NCBI GenBank assembly: GCA_043228905.1
Contig: JBHGNT010000017.1
Location: 5,952,001 to 6,016,000 of the forward strand
Length of the DNA stretch: 64,000 nucleotides
DNA from: Azolla caroliniana
Taxonomy: Eukaryota > Plantae > Polypodiophyta
Reading direction: 5' to 3'
Shown here: piece by piece, positions 21,785 through 34,831 of the stretch
Layout: each line of letters opens with the position of its first letter
Numbering within the stretch: the stretch's first letter is position 1
The notes under the pieces: model-generated
Told to the model about the DNA's origin: nothing
The model's input: the letters and a program-made list of their open reading frames with translations, nothing else
Database searches by the model: none
Program-made: the position numbers and the translations under genes

Positions 21785-24700
21785 AGAACTGTGCCTTTCA
21801 CAGAAAGCCTCAATCCTATCCCATGCTTCTTCAAGCAAAACAGGTGGTGCAGTGAAGATCAGACGCATCCAATTTGGAGTCCCAAATGCGGAACCTGATA
21901 AGCACAAAACTCTCTTTATCATCCTTCGCAGATGGGACAAGTATTATTCTGTTTACAAACTCAAACTTACTTACCAGGAATCACAATTACAGATTCTTCT
22001 TTTGCTAGAGTCAATGCGAACTCTCTATCATTGTTGAGATCGAAGAATATAGACATGTTAATCCTCACCTATATAACAAGACAGTAACGAAATGTCAACC
22101 CACTTAATCAAATTATGAGCCAATTAGAGTATCATGTGTTTGTTCATTTAAAAAAGACAGACTTCCAATCACATCAGATGTGATGCACAAATGAATCTTG
22201 ATTCTTCTTAAGCCCGGCACCAATGCAAACTCTGTATACTTGTTACTATCAAACAATACCGACAAGATAAAATTATTATTTTCTATGTAGATAGTTTAGA
22301 AACAGAGTTTCAATTATCTCATTTAAAAGTAAAACTGCTTAGAGATGAATATGAACACGTGATGCTTCTTTAAAGTCAAATTTAGCTTACCATGATGAAC
22401 AGTGCTCCTTGAGGTTTGCATGGACAATCAAGTCCCTTGATTCCTTTGATACGCCTACAACAAAGATCGGCTCCATATTGTAGCAAAGATAATGTTTTCT
22501 CAAAGAACTCATTAGGTGTATTCTGCAAAATGCTTGGAACTGCAGCCTGACATGACAAAAATTATGAGGCACAAAATTGCATTAAAATTCTTAGGTTCAT
22601 GATCATTGGTTTCATTTAAGTATAGATTTAGGTTTCCATGATATGAAGGCATGAATAAATTTACGCAGCACAAAGTTCTTTATGAAACAATATATTTATA
22701 CTAAATCAAAGACATATACAATGAAATGATTTAAACATATACCTGGACAATTGTTGTGGTATTCACAGTCAACTGTGCTAGATCGGTCAAAGCCCCAATG
22801 ACCTGTATAAGGATTTACATTAGAAATCCAAACACTCCGCACAACATAGTGTATCTGATGCATTAGTAAAGCACAGTCAATTCTACAGCTACCAAACTAG
22901 CTAAAATTGGATACGCATTGTTTTTCAAGTTCAATCTATCTCAAAGTCCTAAACTGACCTCAAAACAAAACTAAAATAAATCAACCGAAAATTGAAGACT
23001 CAGATTAAATCCACATGTCAAGACCCAATATTAGAAACTTTCCATAGGGCATGAATACTCTCACCTTTCCTTTTGCCAGAATTCTATTCTTATCCGATAT
23101 AAGAATCCATCCAAGGCGCCAGCCAGGTACTAGCCATCTCTTTGAAAGTCCTCCTAGTGTCAGTACAGGTACATTGTGTGCCAAAGATGCTATAGGGAAA
23201 AATTTCTCTCCTCCAAATATCATATGCCCATATATCTCATCAGAGATAATGGGGATATTTAAATTCTCTACTATATCAATAATCTGCAAAGATTCAAGTG
23301 ACAGAAAAGTCCTCAGTGTTTCCTGTTTACGAAAAATTTGCTCGGGCCATTCTCAAAAACTTACAAATTGGTTATTATAGAGATAAAATTTCTCAGTGTT
23401 TCCCAATGGGTTCCAGCAAATTTACTATGGGCATTTTCAAAAATATCTTTCAAATGGGTTCTCATATGAATGAATACATGCCATTGGAAAAAAAATGGGC
23501 TGCTTACTAGATACACTTAGGCAGAATACAATTTTACCAATATAAAGTGAACAAAAACAAACCTTGGATAAGTGATCATGGCTGTAAGCTACGCCGCAGG
23601 GATTGCTAGGATTACAGATAAGTATTGCCATGGTGTTTTTATCTACTATCCTTTTAACCATTTCCAGGTCTATCTCCCAACCTTGTTCAGGAAGAAGATC
23701 ATAATACCGGACACTGACGCCAAGATATGAGCAAAAGGTTGCATATAGAGGAAACCCTGGCCGTGGCAACAAGATATTGGAGCCTCGTGTACGCAATGCC
23801 GCTATACTGAATTCGATTGCTTGGGTGCAGCCAACTGTTACAATAACATCATCCGGCGTATAGGAAAGGTTATTTCCAGAGTCTCGAGAGTGATATTCTG
23901 CAACGGCCCTGAAAGCGCCGGAGAAAATAAAGTGAATAAATATGATTTATTTATTGCACCAGATGCAAATTCTTTTCGTTTTACAGGCATGAGAATGTTT
24001 GGCCTTCATATTAGAGCGTTAGAGCGTCTTGTTTTTAACTGATACGAGTAATTGTATTTATAGAAACAGCGTAGGTTTATTCAATGCCAATTCTACATAG
24101 GTCTACCATGAAAACCATAGTCATCTAGACCATGTCCACCAATGCTTAAAACCACTTGTGCATGATGATGATAAATGATTGCAACACCTTGCGCACGACG
24201 ATGCATGGTCGATGGTGATTGCTTGTTGGAGAAGCCAATGATAGCAATGATGATATAAAGAGATGGATAGATTTTACTATTGTTTCTTAGAGGTCAAATA
24301 TGTTTGAAGGCGGCCTATGACACAAATCATGAGTACGAATATGGGTGAATTCATGTCACCCATTCTGAAACAAAAATAAAAGTTCTAGGTTTCCTAAAGC
24401 TCTATGATAATGGCCTTAATGCATGCAGTGGAATGAGAGAGAGAGAGAGAGAGAGAGTGTGTGTGTGTGTGTGTGCGCGCGCGCTCAGTTGATGTAGCTC
24501 AATGGAGACCAGGTGGTCATGGGTTCAACCCCCTACATTCCATTTCACAGTGTCATCTAGTAAAATTGAGATATATATATATATGGAGTAATAGAGGGGT
24601 GAGAAATTGGGTTTCGAACCCAAAGACATAGTGCTAGTAGTGTAACATAACTTACCATTAAGGTAAGCTAATTAAAAGAAAGAGAGAGAGCAAACCTCCG

Positions 24701-24946
24701 GCAAACCTCAGACCCGGACGAGTGGGTATAACCATTATGCTTTTTGGAGCGGATGGAATCAATGAGAGCTGCTTCGGTTGATTCATGGGGTTTGAGGTAT
24801 TGAAAGGAGCAGGGGTCACCTTGCCCCAAGGCTATAACAGATCTACCATTAGCAGAAGTGAGGGCGGCAGGGACAGGCAATTGCTCAAGGACCTCTCGGA
24901 TAGGGTTAGGGCAATTATTAGAGGGGCTATGAATCCTTCCTTCATC

Positions 24947-24979
<33 letters not shown>

Positions 24980-25004
24980 TTCATCTTCATCTTCATCTTC
25001 TTCT

Positions 25005-25036
<32 letters not shown>

Positions 25037-25078
25037 TTCTTTGGCAGAGTAGGAGGAGCCATTTGTATTGAGATCCAT
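21782..25078 (-). CDS. TAT: Tyrosine/nicotianamine aminotransferase family (PLP class I), copy 1, 7 exons
   Basis: Exons ~25078-24696, 23908-23563, 23284-23066, 22802-22743, 22547-22391, 22068-21976 and 21894-21782, with GT-AG sites. Motifs 'LGQGDP', 'LLPRPGFPLY', 'NPSNPCG', 'ISDEIYGH', PLP-lysine 'GGLSKRWLVPGWRLGW' and 'NWMRLIF'. Confidence 0.92.
24485..24670. other. Two degenerate tRNA/SINE-like heads in convergent orientation in intron 1 of copy 1
   Basis: Plus strand TAGCTCAATGG...GGGTTCAACCC. Minus strand CCTTAATGGTAA...GGGTTCGAAACCC. Both are A/B-box-like. Confidence 0.5.
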
Positions 25079-28000
25079 TTTTGTGTGTGTCTTGCTATGT
25101 TATGAGTATGCGTTTCTATTCTTATACTAAGCTCTCTCTCTGTCTCTCTCTGTGTGTGTGTGTGTGTGTTTAGTTTCTGTTTTTTCTATAATTAAAGCCC
25201 ATATCAAAAGGGAGCCATGCAAATTTGATCTCCATTAAACCCTAAATTTGAAGTCCATTAAGCCCTAAATTTTGATTCCTTTTGGGACCCAATCTCACTC
25301 TCTTCTGGCCAGAGCAATCCGCAGTAGTTGTAGTAGTAGTAGTAGTAGCCCCCCTGAATTATGCATATAATGTTATATGTATGTATCTTGTCTTCATGTA
25401 CAACTACAAGCTTCTTCTTCTTCTTCTTCTCTTTTTTTTTATCCTTTTTCTTTTGTTCAATTCTCGAATTGCTCGTGGCCGTAATTTAGCCAAGTCAAGG
25501 AAATCGCTATCTCCGCATGCCACCCACCACAACTTGACACGTATAGTTTGCATCATAGTACGTAAAATTCGTGTTCGTCTAGTATAACATTCGTTTTCCT
25601 ATGTGGGAAAACGAATGTGAATGTTATCCAAGCATTCGTGTTTTTTTTTTTTCACCTATTTTTTAAATGTTTTTATTTTTTCATTTTTAGGCTTATCTAT
25701 CTCATAATAAATAGTTAATCCAAAAGTATGGTATTTATCATTCTTCGAGGGTGTTTTTCTTTCGCCATTGAACCATTCACGAATGCGAATGCATGTATGG
25801 TACGTTATGGTCCCATACTATGGAACTTTGCATTTACATAGACTTGTCTTTTTCGTACCACATATCTCAAGGCCCCCCAATTTCTAACATCATATAGGAC
25901 CATTTGGTTTATATCTCCGTCCTTACTATTTTGAGATGAATTTAATTTCTTTTAGAAAAGAAGGCTACAACTCTCGTTTGCATGCTTCTTCTTCTTTTTT
26001 TCCAATAATGGAAAACAATTTGGTCAGTTTGGTTTGTTACATTCACATAGGGGAGGAATGGGGTTCCATATACATACATACATATTCACTTTGATGTATT
26101 AATACAAATCCAATTATGGAAAAAAGAAAATGACACATTTAGAGATTGCAAGGTTTGTTTCGTAGTTTGAATCGAAATGCTCGCTACAACTTTCTCTTCA
26201 AGGCCTAGGGTCTATGCAATTTACTTGTCCTTAAGTGCGATTTCTATTCTATTTCCGCATGCGTGTATACATAATTAATTGGCACGCATGCAATCTTGTG
26301 CCTTGGATTGCAACGGAATTCCTGGAAATAAGACTACATGCACAATGCATAAATGTTGCCACTTCACATCTGTCTCCGGAAAAAAATCAAGATTAAAAAC
26401 AAAATTCGCATTCCATAAATTATGCCCCCCCTTGGTCTATTTAGAAAATGCCATTGATCACATTGATAAAGCTTGATGAAAGTAAGACAAGTTTGTTAAA
26501 TGGCATGTTCCACAAAGTGGCCAATCTTTTTGTTATAGAATGAATTGTAAATATGCACATAATTTTACAAAAAGGAAAAAGAAAAAACCATGTGCACAGC
26601 TGGCCACCTCATGATATCTCGTGTAAGTGTCTAATTTCTTAAGAGATGTTTCCCTTGCCTCGTATATTTCCTTGTTGATGTCACTACAGAACACATTGTG
26701 GGCAAACCCTTGCCGTGTGTGCCATGCATAATATAACTTAATTTGTTCGTTTGATTATTTTACAAAACTTAGTCTACTAAAGGAGGATTATACTTCTTTG
26801 ATTCGTTATTGTGTTATATGCGTATACATTAGCAAAACCCATAATTCGATGTCATAGATGATACATATTCCACCCTTTCATGATAAGAATATCAACACAT
26901 CCACTCGTGGATGCTATGCTATACTTTGATGACAAATATAATACAACACACATGCATGCACGTGGATGATAAACACTCCACGTCACACATGGGTGATAGA
27001 CATTCGACTTTGTTCAATGGGTGATAACAACCACGTTCAATAAATGTTAATAAATAATATCACATGTCATTCGAGAGAAGAAAAAACATCAAATGACATG
27101 TCATCTTTGTTACGTGGGATCTAATTTTAAATGACATATAAGCTTTATCACATGCAATCTATATGTTTTCTTAGAGTTGTTAATTTATGAAGTCATCTTT
27201 TTCTTACGACAACATATTATGGCCATTCCCAATAGAAAATGAAATGTGTGGAAATGTGACGGGCTAGGCCTTCATACCATAACACATTTAGAAATTTCAC
27301 CAACAAGATTCTGGACACCATGTGCTAGACTCTAGACACCCTCATCAATGAAATGTACGTCAGGGGTGATGCCATATCATACCCCAAAAGTTGCGAAAAA
27401 AAATCACTAACAAAATATTATGTGTATGGATTACCTTCATTCGTCATACAATAGACTTTTTAGGCATCCGCACAAGCTCAATCTAATGATTGATTCATGA
27501 CATTCCATGTCTTTTATTTTAAATCTCCACACTTTTTTTGTGGTAGTGCAACAAAATTTCTCATAAAAAATTTATTTATTTGATTCACTTTGCACGTCCC
27601 TAGGATTGATAGTAGAGGATGGCTTGCTATAATATGTAAATTCATAAAGCTACAAATAGATTATATATATAATTTGGATGAATAAGAATATGATATTACA
27701 AGATAAATGATACATATTGGTGTCAGGCCTACGTGTCTTTTAACCACGAAAACATCCAATGAATTTCTTTCCACATAAAGCTTTTTGTGACAAAATGGAC
27801 ATAATTTGTGAGATCTAATGCCATTTTTGTTCTCTAGGTACTTCTATAACAAATGGAAAAGACTTTTAACGTTTGTCCCGCCTAATTTCCAACATTTTGT
27901 CCTCAAACCATTGAACATAGCGTATGCTCTAGAGGGAGACGTTAGGGATGTGTTTTATTGAGCATTTCTCGTACTACATTACTCATAAGCTTTAACATGC

Positions 28001-28669
28001 AAGGTACCTTCCTCTCATATTTTTTCCTTAATTTGCTTTGATTACAATGATGTATAATCTATATTGGTGGAAAATATATCAATAGAAAATACTAATATTA
28101 ATTGTTCCCAACGGAACCAAGTTTTTGTCTAAGATATTTTTCTTATCAATATATTTGACAAAAGCTTGATTCCCTTTGGAACAATTTCTCATTTTCTTAT
28201 ACTAAACACAGTTGAGTGTTTTTTGGAAACAGTTATGAAGCTTGGGATTGAATATTTGAGCCAAAACTGATAGGGAACTAGTTTAAGCTTTGAGGACCAA
28301 TTTAAGAACCACTTTGGATGATAGCTTATGAATATGAAGGATACCTAGATCCACTTGGACTTTTGGAGAATTGCAAATATCCCATCCAACTTTGGGGAGT
28401 GTAGATTGTTTAATCATTCCCTTGCAAGAAGGAATGGTTATGGAAGAAGGGAGTGTAGATTGTGCAAGGATGTTGAGCAAAAATGCACACAAGAAAAGAA
28501 GTAGAAGGTCATCAACCATTACGGAAAAGGAAAGAGTTTAGTTGAGGAGCTAAATTAACCAATGACAATTGCCATGTCGTTGATATCATCACACTTGTAA
28601 ATGAATGTCTTGTTGCAAATGGGAAGCTCTCATGGGAACTTCATGAATCCAAGAGTGGACGCTTGAAGG

Positions 28670-29620
28670 TCCATAATATTTATGGCACAAACTTTGACCT
28701 CTGGAAGAATAGATTTAGGACGTTTTGATTTAGAGCAATATTGGATGCAAATCAATGAGAAGTGATCTACTCTGCTAAAGATTGGGAATGATCTCGACTA
28801 GTTGGCAATGTCAATGATGCGGTTTCATCTTATAGATAACATTGACTTATTGGCAATTATAGACACCCAAACATTGAAGATGATATGGATGAAGCTACAC
28901 AACACAATCTTGCATTAAACAAGGCCGACTTGATGCAGAGAGTGTATGAGTTTTCAATGAATGAATTTGATTTGGTTTTTATCCAACAAGTGAGTTTGAT
29001 GGCATCATTGCCTAGTCAAAGGGATCAACCCATTTTGGATTGTTGCCATGAATGATGATGGTATATATAAGCTTGACACACTATATAGTGAGATCAAGGC
29101 ATGGCTAATTAATTTTCCCCTAAGCTATACTATAATGACTGATCATCAAATTTGTTCCTATTTGAACTCGCGACCAACCAACAAAGGCAAATATGTAAAT
29201 AACATCAATAACTTTTAAACTAAAGCCTCAAATATGATCACCTCCCCTATTATTACTAGCACATGTCCATCCCATTTATTAGTCCCCCATGTAGCCTCAC
29301 CCCTTATAAATAAAAGTTTACAAGAATGGTAAAGACAACTATGCAATAGAATATATAATGAGCATTTTACAAGAAGGGAAAGGGTTGCTTTACGCCCAAA
29401 CTTTTCCATATCAAGTGTTTTGGAAAACATATCCTCCATTTTTTTATCAGTTTGGATAGTTTGGGGCTTGATGTCATTGGCTACGATCCACTCTTGCATG
29501 TATTGATACTACACCTCAATATAATTCCTTCATGCATGGAACATCATGTACCTTTGCAATGGCACACTTGAGCCGTACGGTTTCAATAATTATAGTGATG
29601 AACACATCCCTATACTTGAT
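28670..29620. pseudogene. Old Copia relics: gag N-terminus (+, ~28670-28980) and RNase H C-terminus (-, ~29380-29620); duplicated at ~49530-50520
   Basis: 'GTNFDLWKNRFR' and 'LAMSMMRFHL'. Minus strand 'QEWIVANDIKPQTIQTDKKMEDMFSKTL'. Confidence 0.6.
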
Positions 29621-29622
29621 TT

Positions 29623-30352
29623 TGTTGGGAATATGTCCCTCCAGTGGGAGGAAGATGCGAACGTCAGGAAAGCCGACAGTCGAGGAGCCAAGTTGATGAG
29701 GGACTCGGCCGAAACTGGAATCGAGTAAATAGCCAACTCGGGAGACTATATTTGTAAATAGTCTATATGTGCGCCCCATGAGGGCTACGTATGTAAATAG
29801 CTAGAAAAGTTGCGTAAGTATATATGTAACTAGGGCAAACTTTAATAGTGTGGAACTGATAGTACTGATAGTACTTGTGTTAGCCCACTCATTAGGGTTT
29901 GTATAAAAAGTTCTCTATAAGCACGTTGTATGTACAGAGAACATTTTGCTAATAGAAGTTTTGTTGTCCACTCTATCAATGTCTCTCTCACTGCTTATTT
30001 CTATTCTCTGTATTTTTACCTAACTGTTGTATTTCCAGATAACCGTTTGTGTATTCGGTGCTCTGTCTAATGCCTCCACACGTAATCTTTTACATGGTAT
30101 CAGAGCACGAGGATTAGAAGAACCTTCTGCTACCGACAAAGCGAATCAACACAGAGACGAAGAGTTTACTTCCGAACAATAGGAACATGGACAGAGGTAT
30201 GGGAAGCTCACTTCCAACGAAAAAGCTCGATAGGAGTAACTACGCATCTTGGTCGTACAAGATGCACCAATACCTGATTGGTCACGGATACTGGAGTTAC
30301 GTCGAAGAAGCGAATGATGCAGCACCAAATGTGACACACAAGGACTTTCCGG
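29623..30352 (+). mobile_element. Copia copy E: 5' LTR (29623-30094), PBS, start of gag; truncated
   Basis: TGTTGGGA...TTTACA, PBS TGGTATCAGAGC at 30095-30106, 'KLDRSNYASWSYKMHQYL'. Absent from the homologous site in duplication copy 2 (~50481). Confidence 0.9.
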
Positions 30353-31373
30353 TGTGATCATCCCACATTGTTATTTTGAAGTCAAGATAACAATGTGGGA
30401 TGGAGTGAATAGAGATCAATAAGATATGACAAAATAGGATTTTTAAGGAATATAAGATAAGACAAGATAAGATATAAAATAATATATGAGAAAGTGTATG
30501 AAATTTATAATCATTTTCATGAAAGAGTTACAAAATGATTGTACACATCGTTGAAGCTCCGAACTTTGTCTTGCAAGGTAATCGCTCTTCTCTTCCTTGA
30601 TCGTAGACCACTACAATCTTCACTTCAATATTTTGATGAAGATAAGGCTCGAACTGCCTCCCTCTTGTTGAGAGTTGACCACCACGACCGCCAAGCTAGA
30701 GCTCCACCGTTATGTTAAACGTCTTCCCTTCTTTATCTATTTTTATGGTATCTCTTATGTAATACATAATTTGATTGATATCTCATACATATCTCCCTTT
30801 GATCTTCTCTTTCACCCTTTAAATAGGTGCCCCCATGCATATGATGCCTTGGAGGGTACAAGACATGCATGTGATGCATGATAAACATCTCGCTCATTTG
30901 AGCTTTTATGTATGAAACAATATATGCAATAACAATAAACATGAAAATATAATCTTAAAGAGAAAGGACCTAGCCTAATGGTAGGTTTGTTAACTTTGGT
31001 GTATGAGGTTGTGGGTTTGAGTCTCAAAATATTATTGAATACAACATACAACTTTATTTTTATATCATGAAGCAAATCCTTTATGTAATATAAAGTATGC
31101 TTTATTTTATGTATATTACTACTATAGAGTAAATGGTAAGATTTGAGAGTCATAGGGTGGGGTTATTGGTTCAAGTCCTCTCTTGTTCATGTAATATAAT
31201 ATATCTATCTATCTATTTATATATTATTTGCCTCTACATATAATATATAATATTATCATAGTGTGTTGTTAATATTATCTTTATATATAAAACATTATCA
31301 AGATTTATTTTATTTTAGTTACGTATTTATCTTATTGTAGACTTTTAATGTGAAGCTTTCGTACTTCACGACA
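30353..31373 (-). mobile_element. ~1-kb LTR-like segment with non-matching flanks
   Basis: TGTGATC...TTCACGACA termini. Joins Copia E gag to the interior of Copia F. The flanking 5-mers differ (TCCGG vs ACATG). Confidence 0.6.
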
Positions 31374-34300
31374 ACATGAGGATTGTCATAGTGGAATAAG
31401 GAGATTTTTGATAGGATGGGAGCATGAATAATCAATACGAGTCAATACGAGCCAGTTGTGTTCCATCTAAAAGTTTTTCCTTATGAGTGCTATGATGATT
31501 ATTAAGGCTCTTTTTACTTTGGTTGGGGTTACTGTGTAAAATTGGAGTGTGTACATCAGTTTGTTGGGATTGTTTGGTTATTAAAGGCAGTAAGTTGGAA
31601 TCATTGGTTGAACCTGAGACTTGTGGGAGGACCTCTAGAGATGAGGGCATTAATGGAGGAGAGTTAATTGTGACTTGTTGAATTTCCAAGGACATTTGTG
31701 GAGCCCGCCAAGAATTAGTAGGTGATGATATTACTTCTTTATTGGATTTAGTGTTAGACATGGTAGTCGCGTCTTGTATCTTTTCATAGCCATGATGTGA
31801 ATGAGGATTAGATATCAATTTGTCTTCATCAAATATCACTCGTCGGCTAAATATAAATCTTTTGTATTTTGGGTCGTATAATCGATAACCCTTATAGCCA
31901 TGAGGTTCGCCATACCCAACAAATATTGTGAGAACTGTGTGATTATCTAATTTTGATCGAGTTTCTAGCGGTACGAGTGCATATGATGGACATCCAAAGA
32001 TTCTTAGATGTTTATAATTTGGATTTTTTCCAAACCACAAGGAAAATGGAGTTGTCCTAATTGATCGACTATATGTTCTATTGAATATATAACAAGCGGT
32101 CGAAACAACCTCTTCCCAATAGGTTCGAGGAAGGTTTGCAACGGCGAGCATGCAATGAGTGGCATCCATATACAACCGGTTTCGTCGTTCAACCCTTGAA
32201 TTGTGTTGGGGTGTATATGGAATGGTAAACCATTGTTGAATCCCATGATTTTGGCAATACGTTTGGAAGTTTTGGGACTTGAATTCTCCACCATTATCTG
32301 ATTGGAGTACTTTAAGGGGTAATTCTTGTTGATTTGTTGCAAGTTTATGATAGGCTTTGAATTTCTCAAGGACTTGATCACTACATTTTGTCTTGAGAAA
32401 TGTGACCATCGTGAAACGAGTAAAGTCATCGATAAATGTTAGGAAATATACATTTCCAGATAGGGATGGGGTAGACAAAGGACCACATATATCTGTGTGC
32501 ACTAGTTGGAGGGGTTTAGTGGTCGTTGTAGGATGGGATGGAAATGGCGAGTTAGAGAGTTTTCCAAGTATACACCCTTTGCAAAGGGATAGTTTCGATT
32601 TACTAGGAAGAGTAAAACCATCTGCTATATGTTGTCGGGCCATGTGAACCATTGTTTGATGGTTTAAGTGGCCTAATCGATAGTGCCATAATAAGGTCAT
32701 ATAGTTGGATGTGTTTGAATCATCCACGTGGTGTGCTTCTTCGGCAGGTACCACAGAGCAACCTAAGAGGTAAAGACATCCTTGTCTTGGACAGTTAACG
32801 ACATAGCCTCGTCCAGAGGGTGTCTTATGACGAATGATACAATATTTATGATAAAACTTGATGGATGTATTATCATTTGTGAGTTTATTGACAAATATCA
32901 AGTTTTTTGCTATGTTACGTATATAGTAAACTTCATTGATTTCAATGAAGTTCCCATCAGAAAGTTCAAGATGGGCAGTCCCATGTCCAAGGGCATATTC
33001 AACCCCATTGTTCCCAAATCTAATCAAGAAAGGATGCTCTAAGACCTTATAGTCTTTGAGCCATTCAACTATTGAGGTGAGGTGACATGTGGCACCTGTA
33101 TCAAGAATCCACGTTGAAGTGGGAGAGTTGTTAAATGAAGTGAGGGCCATGAAGGCAATGAAAGAGTCTTCATTATCCTCATCAGAATTTTGGTCACCAT
33201 GGCATATGTCCTTATTTTGATTGTAGTCATCACGTGATGCATTGTAAGATTGGTCTTCTTTATATGTTCTTTTCCCATTGTTAGGATTCCTATAACAATC
33301 TTTTGTTTCATGTCCACTCCTTTGACAATTTGTACAAAAGGATCTAAGGAACCTAGATTTGTTATGATTCCTTGAATCATTAAATTTAGAAGTCCGTGAA
33401 TAAAATTTGGAGTTATTAGGTTGGTATGTTGATCTAGGTTTATTGTAAGGTTTTTTATTGTAATTTGGATGTTTGATATAAAGTGCGGCGTGAGATGAGG
33501 AGGGTTGATTTATTGCCCTACGAAGTATATTTTCTTGCGAGATTGATGCCACTAATGTTGGGACACTAATGTTGGCTGATGTGGATTTTGTACTTATAAA
33601 TGGTTGCCATGATGGGGGTAGGGCGGCTAACAAGAGGGCGGATTGAACGGAACTTGGCAAACTAAGTCCTGAACGGATCACGTCATCAAGTCGAAGTCTC
33701 CAATTTTTAACAAATGTATCAACATCATCATTTTCATTCATACTCATATTTATTAAAGTTTTTAAATTTGCAACTTGGGACGTAATGTCCGTATGGAGGT
33801 AATCAGCCTCTAATCTATCCCATATTTGTTTGGAGGAAGTCAAGGTTCTCACACTTTGCTTAAGTGTGTCCTCCATATGAAGGAGAAGTTCTAAGCGAGC
33901 GTTTAAATCACGCCGCTTCCATGTTTGCACGACAAGTGCATTTGTGGGGGACATTAATGTCGGGGCACACGTCGGTTCCATCGACGATATTTAACAAGTC
34001 GTGTTGTTCTAATATAATTTCCATGGTCATAAGCAAAGGTCGATAGTTTTTATCATTTAATTTTTCAATGTGATAAGTGCGAGACGATACCTGGTGCCGC
34101 CACATTTGCTATCACTCCACCGTTTGACATGGTCGAAAAACGTTTCTTCAATTTTCGCACGTTCGTTATTAACACCGCGACACAATTCTTGGTGGGGTTG
34201 GACTCCTTCACCGCTCTCTGATACCATGTGGAAAATAAGGGAGAGAAAGAGAAGAAGAAAACTGAATTGAATGATAGTTTCTGTCTCTCTCTTACAACCA

Positions 34301-34440
34301 ACCAACTGACCACACACAGAGCAACTGACCACACACAGAGCAAAATGTGGTGGTTATAGGTGCACCTTTTCATATCATAAGGTTACGTTTTTATTATTTA
34401 GTTTCCTATTTATTTATTCTACACTAATTAGTTTATTACA
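31374..34440 (-). mobile_element. Copia copy F: 5' LTR 34227-34440, PBS, gag-protease-integrase; RT and RNase H missing
   Basis: PBS TGGTATCAGAGAGC (reverse complement of 34213-34226). ORF 31432..33981 with 'CTNCQRSGHETKDC', 'WILDTGATCHLT', 'HTDICGP' and 'LQSDNGGEF'. Frameshift near the gag start. Confidence 0.93.
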
Positions 34441-34616
34441 ACTGCCCCTGCCACCACTCCTATAGTTAGCTTTTGATGAATCAATCCATGCTGCAGAAAC
34501 AAAATGCAAAAAAATAAGAAAGAAGTAGGGACAAGTCTTCAAATCTGTTTTGTTTGTTTGTTCAACGACAGAGCTGCTAATCACCACATGATTGAGCTTG
34601 AACAGAAACTAGAAAT

Positions 34617-34796
34617 TGAAGAAAATAATAAGCAAAATAAAGTAAAATAAATTATTATGTAGTTCTTATTTAGTTCATATGAAATCGGTTTCCTTCATGA
34701 GAAGGAAACCGTATGTCTATTTGTGGTGGCCTTATAAAGCCACCACCACCAACGTTTGTATGTATGGCATTATACTAATAATAAAGTGTCTTTCTG

Positions 34797-34831
<35 letters not shown>

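Larger units (their letters stand above)
21552..29622. repeat. Segmental duplication, copy 1 (aminotransferase gene plus upstream region)
   Basis: Collinear, highly similar to 42216-50481, including introns and intergenic DNA. Confidence 0.95.
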
